Shown piece after piece: positions 25,469 to 36,139 of a stretch of DNA of 64,000 nucleotides. Position numbers and translations under genes: made by a program. Origin of the DNA: a virus (taxonomy: Duplodnaviria; Caudoviricetes); the IMG/VR virus record IMGVR_UViG_3300031088_000008, positions 160,001 to 224,000 of that record. One strand, given 5' to 3'. The notes beneath the pieces are model-generated. The model saw nothing but the letters and a program-made list of their open reading frames with translations, made no database searches and was not told where the DNA came from. Every line of letters begins with the position of its first letter. Position 1 is the stretch's first letter.

Positions 25469-28400
25469 TAGCCACCTCCGATCAGCCACTTGACGGCAAA
25501 GATATTAGTTCCCTTGATCTGACAGACCAGCTCAGTGTTGCGCTTGAACACGTAGCTGAATGTTCCCTCTGGTTGCTGATAGACAGTAAGGGGCAAGACA
25601 TTGTTGTAGGCCGTGGCTGCAAACTCCGCCTCACCTGGTGTCGCGTAACCACCAGTCTCCAGCGGCAAGAATGTCTGCCAGCTGACAGCATTCTCACCAA
25701 ATGCAGCGCGAACCACTGATACCTGATTGAATGACACTGGGCTCAAGCTGGGTAGTGCAACCTTCTTTAGTGTCTCCAATGCTGCGGACTTGCCCTTGAT
25801 CTCTGTTACGCGGAATGTGGGCTTGCTTACAAAACCCACAATCTGCTTGACCCTGAGTTCTGAATTGGCAAAATACACCGGAGCAAGTCTGACAGCCTGG
25901 AAGGTGTTATCCCCAACATGGAAGTGACCAGGCTCAAAGACCTTGTCATTCTTGTAGGTGTGATCCACCCAGTCCCTCTGGTGATAACGAAGAACCGTTC
26001 CATAGAGGTGATAATGTCCAGGTGCATAAAGGCGTCCAAGACCCATTGGCATCACTCTCCAAGAGACATCAGCTTTGCGATCACCCTTGGTTGCTTGATA
26101 GGAAAAGAACACTGTTGCGCGACGAGGAGCCACATTGTTCTCATGATGGAATATTGGCGTAAATTTGGTGTACGTTGCCGTAATACCAAATGATGGCTCA
26201 TAAGTCAGGCTGCTACTGTCAGCGAGACGAATACTCTGACGCTGGTCCTCATACTTGAACGCTCTCTGGTCAATCAAATATGTGGGCCTGCCGGGAACCT
26301 TTGCCCTGGCTTTTTGAGTCAGAACATAGTTGCTGAATGGATTGAAAGTGCTGGTGCTCGTCTTCTTGAACGCAATACTGCCTGCAAAGATCACTCCCTT
26401 GGAAAGAGCTGTGGTTCGCTGATCGGCACTTCCCTGCCACTCGCTGACACTGGCTTTTCCTGGAGGGCTGCTGGCCTGAAACCACATACCAATGCTGGCT
26501 TTGCCCGGAGGACTGCTGGCCTGGAACCACATACCAATGCTGGCTTTGCCCGATAGAGCACCGGCCTGCTGTAGTTCAGGAGTGTTGGCCTTCATGTACT
26601 TTTCAGGCGCTTGCTGAACCACTGGCGTGTTGGCTTCCATGTATTTGTCGGGAGCCTTTTGAACTTCCGGCTTCTTAGTTGCCACCAGTTCAATGTGACC
26701 ATTGACCAGGCTCCACTGATTGCTACCGCCCCACTTCAAAGAAGGACGAGCAGGCATCCACTGACCTTCCGCAGGATCAATCTTCAGATAACCAAACTCA
26801 TAGACTGTGACACCATCGGCCAATAGAGTCTTAACTGGCTGAACTTCAAAGAGGTTCTTGACCCTATAAAGAGCCTGAACACTGTCTCCGTTTCCAACCA
26901 ATGGACTTGTCTCATAGGCGCCACCGTTGACACTGAACTGCATGTACTTGTTGTAGATGCGGATTTGGTAGTCTTCACTCAAGCCTGTGATAACAGGAGA
27001 GAGATCGCCCGGAAAGTAAAAGTCAGGAATGCCATGATGCACCGTACCAAAATCCACATTCTCGGGCATATCATCAACGGTGGTAAAGCTCTTGAAGTAA
27101 TAGTTGTAGGTGGGACCAACTAGAACAGTATCACGCTCATCAAGCCACCAACTGCTGGCCTGAATGTGACGAACTGTGATCTCATCGCCACCAACCAACT
27201 CAGTGGGAAAGCTGAGAGTTTCATCGCCACGCATCACGTATGCGTCTTTGTAGTTGAGAAGGTTGTACTCTCCAGTTTCCTCAACGGTGTATGTTGAAGT
27301 GACTTCCTTGCTTCCATAGGGCTGGAATCGCTGGACATTGGCTTCCTTGGCAGGCCACATACTCATGATCAGTGGATACTGGGCATCGGCGATACTTAGG
27401 ATGCTGTGGTACCTTGTGAGTTCAATGGGAACGTGAATGGTGATCGTCAGATCCTGTCCAGCATTCACCGGTGTCCTGCCATTGTAGGGCTGACCATCAA
27501 CCAACAAGGTACCCACCGACAGAGCAATGGGAGCATTGACAACCTTCTTGGGAACCTTAAAGTTCCAAACCAGTGTGGTTGCTTTGTTCTTGATGCCGGT
27601 GTTGATAAATGTAGCCATCGTGTTGCTGGGTGCAGCCTCAACCTTGAAGTCAAAGGCATAGTTGCCCAGAACCACACAGGCACTCACGCGACCATTGTAG
27701 GCTTTCTGATAGAGCTGAACAGCACTGTTCTGACTTACCACGTTGATATCCGGACTTCCGTTGATCAACATCTTGCCATTGGGGCTTACAAAGCTGGGAA
27801 GATTCTCACCAAGAGTATTGACGGTGTATTCCCCGGATCCAGCATCCACTTCCAGCGGAGCCCTCCAGGTCTTGAATTCAGCACCAGAGACCACCGGGTT
27901 GGGAGGAACGGTCAATGGGTAATCGTTGATGTAGAAGCTGCCAATAAGTGAAGTTGCCAGAGGAACCGCGTAGGAAACGTTCTTGGCAAAAGTCTTAATC
28001 GAAGGAGCCATGCCTAGGTCGTTGAAGACCTGGACCATGGGAGTGTCGGCGCCAGAAACTGCCAGTCGGCTTCCACGATAGGTTGCAATCGACCAGGGAA
28101 GCATGTCACCTGTGGAGATGTCTCGGATAAAGGAGCCCTGACTGTCATAGACCGAGAGCTTGTACTTTTCCGTGATGGGAAAGATAAACTGATCCTTGAA
28201 CACCGTTGGAACACCAATGGAGTTCTCTTGAAACAATGTGGTGATAGTGGATCCATCGATCTTCAGTGCCTTGCCACTCGCAGTGGTAACCACGACCAGG
28301 CTTCCCAGAACCATACCATGAAGGATCTTTTCAGTTGTGGTGATAGTGCGGCTGAGAGTGTTGAGGTCGCTTAGGATTCGGAGATACAGATCGCCACCCA

Positions 28401-29076
28401 CATACAAGGTGGTTCCATCACTGAAGACTGTTCTGGCACCAGTGTAGGCGCCAGTTGACTTTGTCCTAACCTGCTGACTATTCCATGTGTAGAGATAGCC
28501 CGCGCTGTCTAGGGCATAGGTTTCCCAAGTGTTTGAAGCACCATTCCACATAGTGGTGTGACTGATCGGTGGAGCGTCAGTGAGGAGGCGATAGACTTCC
28601 GCTCCATCATCACGAAAGAAGTGGATGCTCTTTCCTTTGGGATTTAGAACAGATGCAAGATCGGTTGTTTGAAAGCCAGATGATGTGCTGCTCAGGGGGA
28701 GGTTTTTCTCACTTCCCGCGCTGCTCTGGTAGGCGTACGAGCCATCCATGAAGGTTGGCAGGATATCAATCCAAGTCTGATTTCGATACTGGGAGCGGAG
28801 AGTTGGCTTAGCTGCGCCAGCATTGCTGACGACTGCAAAATAGCTGGGATTGCCATTGTAGGTCCAGGGGATGAAGCGATGTTCATTGGCCGCTCCGGCC
28901 AGTACATCGATCTCAATTCTATCCCCAACCTTTAGATCGATGAGACGTGAAGCTGTTGCTTGTTGGTTTACCCTAACAATGTATCCGTCTTCAATTCCAA
29001 CCCTGCAAGACTCTGTTGCGGTAAAACTGGAAGTCGCAGTTGTGTTGGGATTTACAATGGAGATGGATCCAAACAT
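25468..29076 (-). CDS. large virion structural/tail-associated protein
   Basis: 1202 aa beta-rich ORF in a late operon. Confidence 0.75.
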   Translation of the reverse strand: MFGSISIVNPNTTATSSFTATESCRVGIEDGYIVRVNQQATASRLIDLKVGDRIEIDVLAGAANEHRFIPWTYNGNPSYFAVVSNAGAAKPTLRSQYRNQTWIDILPTFMDGSYAYQSSAGSEKNLPLSSTSSGFQTTDLASVLNPKGKSIHFFRDDGAEVYRLLTDAPPISHTTMWNGASNTWETYALDSAGYLYTWNSQQVRTKSTGAYTGARTVFSDGTTLYVGGDLYLRILSDLNTLSRTITTTEKILHGMVLGSLVVVTTASGKALKIDGSTITTLFQENSIGVPTVFKDQFIFPITEKYKLSVYDSQGSFIRDISTGDMLPWSIATYRGSRLAVSGADTPMVQVFNDLGMAPSIKTFAKNVSYAVPLATSLIGSFYINDYPLTVPPNPVVSGAEFKTWRAPLEVDAGSGEYTVNTLGENLPSFVSPNGKMLINGSPDINVVSQNSAVQLYQKAYNGRVSACVVLGNYAFDFKVEAAPSNTMATFINTGIKNKATTLVWNFKVPKKVVNAPIALSVGTLLVDGQPYNGRTPVNAGQDLTITIHVPIELTRYHSILSIADAQYPLIMSMWPAKEANVQRFQPYGSKEVTSTYTVEETGEYNLLNYKDAYVMRGDETLSFPTELVGGDEITVRHIQASSWWLDERDTVLVGPTYNYYFKSFTTVDDMPENVDFGTVHHGIPDFYFPGDLSPVITGLSEDYQIRIYNKYMQFSVNGGAYETSPLVGNGDSVQALYRVKNLFEVQPVKTLLADGVTVYEFGYLKIDPAEGQWMPARPSLKWGGSNQWSLVNGHIELVATKKPEVQKAPDKYMEANTPVVQQAPEKYMKANTPELQQAGALSGKASIGMWFQASSPPGKASIGMWFQASSPPGKASVSEWQGSADQRTTALSKGVIFAGSIAFKKTSTSTFNPFSNYVLTQKARAKVPGRPTYLIDQRAFKYEDQRQSIRLADSSSLTYEPSFGITATYTKFTPIFHHENNVAPRRATVFFSYQATKGDRKADVSWRVMPMGLGRLYAPGHYHLYGTVLRYHQRDWVDHTYKNDKVFEPGHFHVGDNTFQAVRLAPVYFANSELRVKQIVGFVSKPTFRVTEIKGKSAALETLKKVALPSLSPVSFNQVSVVRAAFGENAVSWQTFLPLETGGYATPGEAEFAATAYNNVLPLTVYQQPEGTFSYVFKRNTELVCQIKGTNIFAVKWLIGGG
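26450..26675 (-). repeat. in-frame 45-bp (15 aa) tandem repeats
   Basis: GKASIGMWFQASSPP x2.3 and AP(D/E)KYM(E/K)ANTP..QQ x2. Confidence 0.8.
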
Positions 29077-29089
29077 TCACGTCTCCCAC

Positions 29090-29125
29090 AAAAAGTAGTG
29101 GGGAGAGTTTTCCCTCCCCACTATT
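29090..29125 (-). terminator. intrinsic terminator
   Basis: GTAGTGGGGAG...CTCCCCACTAT hairpin with a T tract on the minus strand. Confidence 0.75.
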
Positions 29126-29127
29126 AA

Positions 29128-30327
29128 TTAGCTGATGCCGCCACCCTGCTGGAGCACGAGGATACGCATGCCAGTGTTAGCTGTGCCGTTTGCATGGAGC
29201 GCCTTGTAGACGCGTCCGGCAGTCTCACCGTAAACGGTAAGTGGAACATCGGTGAACTGGCTGACCACGTCGGCCGAAGTTAGACCAATCATGTCCAGCT
29301 CATGTGGGTAACGATAGCGGGAAGTGTTGAGGCGACTTGGGAAAGTCACGATATACTTTCCATCTTCGCTCAAGCTGACCTGCTCAACGTTGTTGATAAT
29401 GCACTCACTATCGACTTCATCGACCGTTGCACTGCGACGCTTACCTGGACGCAAGATGTCCGATTCACGAACAGTAAACTGCCAGATGTTTGGACCAACA
29501 CTGTTGACACAAAATACTGGAGCCTTACCAGTGGTGAGGACCAGACCAGTTGCGCGATCTACTGGACGCTGAATCAGGAACCAGTTGAAAGTTGCCGAAG
29601 TTTCCGCAGTCGTTGCATCTTCCCAGATACCCAGCCACATACCGCGTGGGCTGATTACCAACCTGTAGGTCATTGGATAGCTGGTCTGCTGAAGAGGAAC
29701 CACTCGACGTGCGCGAGTTACTAGGCCCTTGGTTAGCTCATCAACGATGGATTCATCACTGGGTGTACCAGTTGAATTTCCCTGACTGATACCAGCAGTC
29801 CAGCTGGGTGCAGAGTACTTTCCATCCACGGTTACTAGAGCTGGAATGTCTTCTTCGCTCTTGCTACCCTGCGTGCTGGCAACCGACTTGGTAAGCCATG
29901 AAGTGCCAACCTGATCGCCAATGGCACCAATGACGTCATAGGGAACCAGAACCTTGATTGTCCTGGTACTCTGACCACTTTGGACTAGGCCGTCTGTCAT
30001 AGAGCTGACAGTTGCTACCTTGCCATCGTCAGTTAGCTGAAGTGGGGTGCCAGTATAGACCATGACGGTCTGGGCATCCTGGACGTTGAAACAAACGCGC
30101 CATGGCTGCTTCTCGGAAACAGCCGCAGCATTGAGGGGATCAACATCGCCGCCTGCTTCAAGGGTCACACGATACGCATCGGTGAGGTCTGCCTTGTTGA
30201 AGACCGCCTTGTCGGAGCCCGTAACAAACTTTGGCACGAAGCCATTGGCAATCATGTCCTGGATCACGTCCAGGATCATCGTGGATGCCTTAGTGTAACC
30301 GTGGCGTTCTACTACAAAACCGCTCAT
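29128..30327 (-). CDS. virion structural protein (paralog of 30350-31372)
   Basis: shares YRLVISPRGMWLG, GKAPVFCVN, YRYPHELDM, LQQGGGIS. Confidence 0.8.
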   Translation of the reverse strand: MSGFVVERHGYTKASTMILDVIQDMIANGFVPKFVTGSDKAVFNKADLTDAYRVTLEAGGDVDPLNAAAVSEKQPWRVCFNVQDAQTVMVYTGTPLQLTDDGKVATVSSMTDGLVQSGQSTRTIKVLVPYDVIGAIGDQVGTSWLTKSVASTQGSKSEEDIPALVTVDGKYSAPSWTAGISQGNSTGTPSDESIVDELTKGLVTRARRVVPLQQTSYPMTYRLVISPRGMWLGIWEDATTAETSATFNWFLIQRPVDRATGLVLTTGKAPVFCVNSVGPNIWQFTVRESDILRPGKRRSATVDEVDSECIINNVEQVSLSEDGKYIVTFPSRLNTSRYRYPHELDMIGLTSADVVSQFTDVPLTVYGETAGRVYKALHANGTANTGMRILVLQQGGGIS

Positions 30328-30349
30328 CGAGTTTCTCCTTTTATCTTAA

Positions 30350-31372
30350 TTAGCTGATGCCGCCGCCCTGCTGTAGGATCAGGGTCCTCATACCAATGTT
30401 CGTGCCACCATTTGCATGGAGTGCCTTGTAAACACGTGCCTGAGGTTCACCATAGAACTGAAGAGGAACATCGCTGTACTGGGACACAACGTCTGCACTT
30501 GTGATGCCCATCATGTCCAGCTCATGCGGATAGCGATATCGCGAGCTGTTGAGACGCGATGGGAACGTTACCACATACTTGCCGTCCTCACTGAGAGCGA
30601 CTTGGTTGTTGCTGTTCAAAACCGCTTCCGAATCACGTGTGTTCTTGTTGGCTGGACGACGAAGACCTGGACGAAGAATATCCTGCTCGCGAACCACAAA
30701 CTGAGTGTAGCTGTTGCCCACACAGTTTACGCAGAACACCGGAGCCTTACCGGTGGTCAGCACGGCGCCATTGGTACGATCAACGGGACGCTGAACCAGT
30801 ACCCAGTTGTAATAGGATGCGCTTTCTGCCGAAATTGCGTCTTCCCATACGCCTAGCCACATACCACGTGGGCTGATTACTAGGCGGTAGCTGAGTGGGT
30901 AGCTGGAGCCCTTGGTGTCAACGCGGACCTGACGATTGATCAGACCCTTGGTTACTGCATCAGTTGTTGGCGTGTAGACGCCTTCAGCAGTTAGACCAGC
31001 AGTGCCAACGGGATCGCCGATGAAACCGAGAATGTCGCTTGCAACGGATGAAGACGTCAACTCAGCGGCAACCTTGCCATCGTCGGTTAGCTGGATGGGA
31101 GTCGCCACATACATGAACAATCGCTGGGTATCGGTAAGATCCAGCGTTACGCGCCAGGGCTGCTTTTCAGTAACCGAAGCTGCGTTCAGGGGATCAACAT
31201 CCGGACCAGCTTCCATTGTGATACGAAACTTGTTGACTACCTTGGTGGGATCAAACGTCCCTCCAGTAGGAAACTTTTGAACAAAGCCGTTGGCCAGCAT
31301 GTCCTGAATTAGTGAAACTGTCAAAGCTGCCGCGCTTGTGTAGCCGTGACGCTCGATTACGAATCCTGCCAT
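30350..31372 (-). CDS. virion structural protein (paralog of 29128-30327)
   Basis: same motifs; late promoter at 31407. Confidence 0.8.
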   Translation of the reverse strand: MAGFVIERHGYTSAAALTVSLIQDMLANGFVQKFPTGGTFDPTKVVNKFRITMEAGPDVDPLNAASVTEKQPWRVTLDLTDTQRLFMYVATPIQLTDDGKVAAELTSSSVASDILGFIGDPVGTAGLTAEGVYTPTTDAVTKGLINRQVRVDTKGSSYPLSYRLVISPRGMWLGVWEDAISAESASYYNWVLVQRPVDRTNGAVLTTGKAPVFCVNCVGNSYTQFVVREQDILRPGLRRPANKNTRDSEAVLNSNNQVALSEDGKYVVTFPSRLNSSRYRYPHELDMMGITSADVVSQYSDVPLQFYGEPQARVYKALHANGGTNIGMRTLILQQGGGIS

Positions 31373-31422
31373 TTTGGCCTCCTATGAAGGGGAGTGGGGT
31401 TTTCAGTATTTAGTGGTGTGAA

Positions 31423-32163
31423 TTATGGAGTCTGGGCCGCCGGAGGTTCGGTAATCACCGTGTCATCGTTGGGAGGAGTGTCGGCAATTTCCATGGTCAG
31501 GAATGTGACAGTTAGAACAACCGGGCCTTCATCGGCATCAATGCTGTCAAAGGTCCAGTAGAGAACGTTCTTGATTGGATCTTCAAAGTTGGCCAGGATA
31601 CTGTAGTTGCGGGTACGAAGGATCGTTCCGTCTTCAAACATCTGTCGACCATCATCAGCCAAGTGATCAGTGGTGCTCACAAACTCATAAGGATTTTCAT
31701 CATCCTTTTCGGGCTTTGCGAATGCTCGGACGCGGACTGGACGACTGGTTTCAATTTTCAATGCCATCGAGACAGCGCCCAGCTCTAGTTCAAACTCGTG
31801 GCTTCCATCGACGGGAAGTTTGTCCAGTGTGTAGATAGCCACGTTACGCTTGTTCAGCATCAACTGACCATCGGAGCCGCCAGAGCCACCTCCTCCACCA
31901 CCAAGCTCAAGTTCCTTCCACTCAACCTTTGCCACTGCATCTGGATTCTGACGACTGGGAACAACCAGCTCAGTTACCATCCAGATCTTTTTGGTGTCAA
32001 TGGTAAGAACCAACGCACCCAGCTTTAGATTGGTGATAGCGATCTTGTCGCGTTCCACGATGTTGTCACGAACCTGGAGTCCGCCCTTGATATACTGGTC
32101 TTCCAGCAGGTAGAATGTACCACCACCTGCTGGAGCGAGATCAGAAGCAATCTGTAGTGCCAT
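31423..32163 (-). CDS. virion structural protein
   Basis: 246 aa, Gly-rich hinge, late operon. Confidence 0.7.
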   Translation of the reverse strand: MALQIASDLAPAGGGTFYLLEDQYIKGGLQVRDNIVERDKIAITNLKLGALVLTIDTKKIWMVTELVVPSRQNPDAVAKVEWKELELGGGGGGSGGSDGQLMLNKRNVAIYTLDKLPVDGSHEFELELGAVSMALKIETSRPVRVRAFAKPEKDDENPYEFVSTTDHLADDGRQMFEDGTILRTRNYSILANFEDPIKNVLYWTFDSIDADEGPVVLTVTFLTMEIADTPPNDDTVITEPPAAQTP

Positions 32164-32175
32164 GGTGCTTTCCCC

Positions 32176-33558
32176 TTATGCGCTGACGACCCAAGTCTCA
32201 GCAAACGTACCGCTGGCAACCTTGTTGTCCGTGCGGTAGAGATAGAAGGGAGTTGCGACGCCATTGACGGTAACGCTGACTTCCAGTGGACCTTCGCCGC
32301 TGGAATCGCCGTACCAAGCAACACCAGTCTTGCCGTTTGGAGCAAGAGCGGAATCCCAACCACCTGGGCCGGGCTGTCCATTGCCCTTGATCTTTGCTGT
32401 TGGCATCAGACCATAGCTCTTGGGGTATGCGTACCAACCATACTGGTCAACGCCCTGTACGGTTGAGAAAGTGTTGACCTTGGAGGCATTCGTTCCTCGT
32501 CCAGCCAGACCATTGACGAACTCGCTCCACTTGGTGTAGGTGCCGGGTTCAGTGGTGGTACCTGCTACGGGGTGAACGGCAACGCCATAGAATGGCTTGA
32601 TACCCTCAGCTACTGGTGCAGCCAGGGAAACATTCGTTTGTCCGCTTACCGTTGTGGTGCCTTCAACGAATGTTGCCTTCACGATACCCGTGATGTTGCT
32701 GGTCGTTGATGCTGCAACCTTCAAGCTGTTGCCAGTCAGGACACCAATGGAAGCATTGCTCAGCGTCCAAGTCGTACCACTCAGCGCAGTAACAACCTTG
32801 CTGGTACCGTCTGTGTAATAAACAGTTGCCACATAAGTGGTAGTCGCACCGGCAGTCAGGACCGTTGGGCCACTCACGGCCAACGATGCAGGCTTCAGAG
32901 CCTTGATCGTAACGTTGGTGCTTGCCGTGTACTTCTTGTTCTTGCTGTCCGTGTAGTTGGCAACAACCGTAACCGGCGTATCAATCTGCACATCAGCACC
33001 AGTCAGGACACCACTAGCCGTGATGGTTGCTGCACCGCTGGCGATCGACCAGATGGGAGTAACGATCGTGCTGGTGTTTGCCACACTGTCAACAAGTTCA
33101 ACCTGCAACGTAATGGACTTGGTGCCGAATACCGACGTGGGAGTTCCATTGACATACTTCAGACTCTTAAAGTTCAGCATATCGTCGAGCATTGACTGGA
33201 TCAAGTCCCTGAGCTTGTCATAGTCTACTTCACCGGGAGGACCGTCTGCGCCGTTATCACCCTTATCGCCCTTGTCTCCCTTATCACCCTTGGGTCCCTG
33301 ACCACCAGCCTCAACGGGGAGGTTGGTTTGGATCACGGGAACGGTTGTTTCGTTTCCTTTGGGCTTTGAAGAGATGAAGAGTTTGCCATCGTTGGCATTG
33401 GGATTGACTACGATCTCATTGCTGGTCGCAGCCGTTTCACTGGCCGATGTGTTCCTGGCGGCAATCTTAGCCGCGTTTGCCTCATCGGGCGTTGCGGTCG
33501 TTTGGCCAGGGATCGGAAGATAAGTTCCGGGATTTTCCGGAGTTGGTTTTTTAGCCAT
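32176..33558 (-). CDS. tail-fibre-like protein with collagen-like repeat and Ig-like domains
   Basis: GPKGDKGDKGDKGDNGADGPPG; T/V-rich Ig-like repeats. Confidence 0.75.
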   Translation of the reverse strand: MAKKPTPENPGTYLPIPGQTTATPDEANAAKIAARNTSASETAATSNEIVVNPNANDGKLFISSKPKGNETTVPVIQTNLPVEAGGQGPKGDKGDKGDKGDNGADGPPGEVDYDKLRDLIQSMLDDMLNFKSLKYVNGTPTSVFGTKSITLQVELVDSVANTSTIVTPIWSIASGAATITASGVLTGADVQIDTPVTVVANYTDSKNKKYTASTNVTIKALKPASLAVSGPTVLTAGATTTYVATVYYTDGTSKVVTALSGTTWTLSNASIGVLTGNSLKVAASTTSNITGIVKATFVEGTTTVSGQTNVSLAAPVAEGIKPFYGVAVHPVAGTTTEPGTYTKWSEFVNGLAGRGTNASKVNTFSTVQGVDQYGWYAYPKSYGLMPTAKIKGNGQPGPGGWDSALAPNGKTGVAWYGDSSGEGPLEVSVTVNGVATPFYLYRTDNKVASGTFAETWVVSA

Positions 33559-33597
33559 AACGATCTCCTTGGAGAGGATTTCCGATATTTACCAACT

Positions 33598-33861
33598 CTA
33601 CTTTTTTGTGATTGCGGTTGAAAACGCGGGGTTGACAACCTTGTGGATTGCACCACATTTGGCGCAGTGAAAGTCTACCGATCTAAAAATCATGTTTTGC
33701 GAATCAAAGGAAACCTTGGTATCGCACTTGAAGCAAGTGTATTCCCACGGCCCTATTAGCATTGGATATGAACCGTCTTTGACTGTGGCCTTGGCCGGTT
33801 CTAGTGTCATTGCCCCGCGACTTGCCTGTACCGCGTTGGGAAAGTGAATGATATTGCTCAT
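33598..33861 (-). CDS. small Zn-ribbon protein
   Basis: CFKC ... CAKC; late promoter upstream. Confidence 0.65.
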   Translation of the reverse strand: MSNIIHFPNAVQASRGAMTLEPAKATVKDGSYPMLIGPWEYTCFKCDTKVSFDSQNMIFRSVDFHCAKCGAIHKVVNPAFSTAITKK

Positions 33862-34053
33862 AGCCTAACTCACTATTAACTCCTGCGGGCTGCTCGCTGA
33901 TATTTAGTACAAGGTATCAGGGCTTATCCACGTACTTTGTGGTTTCCGCCCTGGCATATATGCGGTTGACAAAGAGTGCCAATAGAGCATATACATATTG
34001 CTGCTTGGGAAGCTTCTGTAGTAGGGTTGTATTCTAGGAAAGGATACAACCCT

Positions 34054-34296
34054 ATGCACATTCTAAGTGTTATGTTCTTTGGTCTCCTGGGCCTCGCCCT
34101 CTCTGGCGTCAGCGTTATCATGGCTGCGATCACCATCTTGGCATTGATCCTCGCGTACAGCTATGTGATCTCCAAGGGCATCAGCATCAGGGAAAAGACC
34201 ATTCTTGTTGCCATCCTCTTGTTCATTGCTGGGTGGGGTGGATTCCTCACATATCTGGCTGGACATTTTGGTTTGCTCTACTTGACAATTCAGTAA
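34054..34296 (+). CDS. small membrane protein
   Basis: 2-3 hydrophobic helices; SD AAAGGA. Confidence 0.65.
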   Translation: MHILSVMFFGLLGLALSGVSVIMAAITILALILAYSYVISKGISIREKTILVAILLFIAGWGGFLTYLAGHFGLLYLTIQ

Positions 34297-34326
34297 TCCA
34301 TCGTAAACTGTCATTCACATCATAAG

Positions 34327-34587
34327 GTGAGAAGTGTGGAAAGTCCCGTAAAGATGCTTAGCCAGGAACCGCATATCTTCCGCGTAACGCTGAGCTTTCT
34401 AGCAACCGGCGCTACCAAGATGGTTGTTGTCAGTTATGATGGCTCCATCGTGTACGTTATGGATGCCGATGATTCCTGGCTCCGGGAGTTCAAGTCCGGT
34501 GAGCACAAGATCTACGTGGACGGCCACTATGATCTGCTGGACTGCAATATCTATCTGGGCAAGCGACGGGAAGATCAGGATTGGTAG
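34327..34587 (+). CDS. hypothetical protein
   Basis: 86 aa preceding the array. Confidence 0.65.
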   Translation: MRSVESPVKMLSQEPHIFRVTLSFLATGATKMVVVSYDGSIVYVMDADDSWLREFKSGEHKIYVDGHYDLLDCNIYLGKRREDQDW

Positions 34588-34796
34588 AGCCCACCTTTGA
34601 ACAGCAATGGCCGCACCGTGTAGAACTGGCATGCTGTATTACCGACTACACGGATGCCTTTTCCTGGCTGTGGGCTCAGATCCTCAAGAACAATCTAGAG
34701 AGTCGAAAGGTCTTCACCACCTTTGGCCAGCGTAGCGTTGGCTTCAGCGACGAGCATCGACAACTGGCCATGCACTTCAAGCTACGATTTGGTTGA
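34581..34796 (+). CDS. FKLxW-family small protein
   Basis: ends RQLAMHFKLRFG. Confidence 0.75.
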   Translation: MVEPTFEQQWPHRVELACCITDYTDAFSWLWAQILKNNLESRKVFTTFGQRSVGFSDEHRQLAMHFKLRFG

Positions 34797-34826
34797 CATA
34801 GAGTAGAGCGGTGCTAAGCCAGTTCT

Positions 34827-35087
34827 ATGAAACAGATCGACAGCAAGTACCGCCAATTTCCCACCGCGCTGGAACTGCCTGATCTTCCCACTGATCGTCA
34901 GTTAGCCCGCAGCGAGGAAATGATTGCGTGGATCAAGGAAAGCAACCTAGTCTACCAAAAGGACTTTGTTTGCTTTGAGCACCAGACCGGCAAGCCCGGT
35001 CACAGCAAGAAGGTCACGATGGCCTGGGCCTTCCGCGATCGTGGCACCGCCCTTCACTTCAAACTAACCTTTGGTGGCTGGCGATGA
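34827..35087 (+). CDS. FKLxW-family small protein
   Basis: ends FRDRGTALHFKLTFGGWR. Confidence 0.8.
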   Translation: MKQIDSKYRQFPTALELPDLPTDRQLARSEEMIAWIKESNLVYQKDFVCFEHQTGKPGHSKKVTMAWAFRDRGTALHFKLTFGGWR

Positions 35088-35584
35088 TGGTGGTCTGCAT
35101 TTCAATCCGCCAGTATTGCAGGGTTGACTACAATACACTCAAGATTCAGCTGGGCACTATGGTCAGTGGATGGATGGATGATTATCTGGTCTGGGAAGGT
35201 GTCGACCACGATTGGCCCGATGCTGATGCCGGGGAAGTTCGTCACCTTCAGACTTGGGTGGCCATTGATGACCACTGGGTAGCGTTCATTTGGAACAGCG
35301 ACGAAATCGGCACCATGTTCAAGAGTTATTTCACGGACTGGAATCCCTCGCACAAGCATCGAGTAATCATCGACGGTATCCGCTACACCGAGGGAACCCT
35401 CAACGGAACTGACATCTTCAAGTGGTTCAAGGAGCGCGACCTCGCCAACTCCGGAGACTACAGCTTTGCTCCTCACATAGATGATAGTACGACACTGGCC
35501 ACGGCCTTTGAGTTCAAGAATGCCCAGACTGCCATGTTGTTCAAGTTGACTTTCGGAGGTACTCATGTTCAAAGCCTTATCTAG
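35084..35584 (+). CDS. two-domain FKLxW-family protein
   Basis: DEIGTMFKSYF and FKNAQTAMLFKLTFGG. Confidence 0.8.
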   Translation: MMVVCISIRQYCRVDYNTLKIQLGTMVSGWMDDYLVWEGVDHDWPDADAGEVRHLQTWVAIDDHWVAFIWNSDEIGTMFKSYFTDWNPSHKHRVIIDGIRYTEGTLNGTDIFKWFKERDLANSGDYSFAPHIDDSTTLATAFEFKNAQTAMLFKLTFGGTHVQSLI

Positions 35585-35897
35585 GGCCAACCGTGAGATG
35601 CAATTGGAAAGCTGGACACCCGTTACAATCACGATGGGAACCATGTTCCACTTGTTCGATCAGGAACGGGAAGACATGGCCACTCCTCTGGACGATCTAA
35701 AGTCCACGTCCGTTCTGTTGTTTCTGGAAACTTGGTGCAAGGCCCATATCAAACAGGGCTTCGCAGTCAAGAGGGAACCGGCATCACTGACCTCCTTTAC
35801 CCAAGTGGGGAAAGATGATAACACCGCATGTCTGATATTTTTGTTCAAATTGTCCAGCGAAGCCGTCCGCTTCAAGATGACGTGGGGCGGACGGTGA
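35565..35897 (+). CDS. FKLxW-family small protein
   Basis: ends SSEAVRFKMTWGGR. Confidence 0.8.
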   Translation: MFKALSRANREMQLESWTPVTITMGTMFHLFDQEREDMATPLDDLKSTSVLLFLETWCKAHIKQGFAVKREPASLTSFTQVGKDDNTACLIFLFKLSSEAVRFKMTWGGR

Positions 35898-36139
35898 GTC
35901 ATACCTTTGTTAAATCCGATGACCACATCTGGGCATGGAACGACGAACCCTTTGTTATGCGAGCCAGCGACGAGGTGAAAAACTGGTTGTTGGCCCACGT
36001 GGGAAAGGAAATGACCTATAGCAGCAAGTGGGGCTGGAAAGGTTCCTGGCGGATACTCCGCATCGATGGCTGCGCTCACTTTGGCTTCGCGGATCCCAAG
36101 AAAGCCATGCTGTTCAAGTTGGCCTGGAGCGGCGTGTGA
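35894..36139 (+). CDS. FKLxW-family small protein
   Basis: ends FADPKKAMLFKLAWSGV; GTGA overlap. Confidence 0.8.
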   Translation: MSHTFVKSDDHIWAWNDEPFVMRASDEVKNWLLAHVGKEMTYSSKWGWKGSWRILRIDGCAHFGFADPKKAMLFKLAWSGV

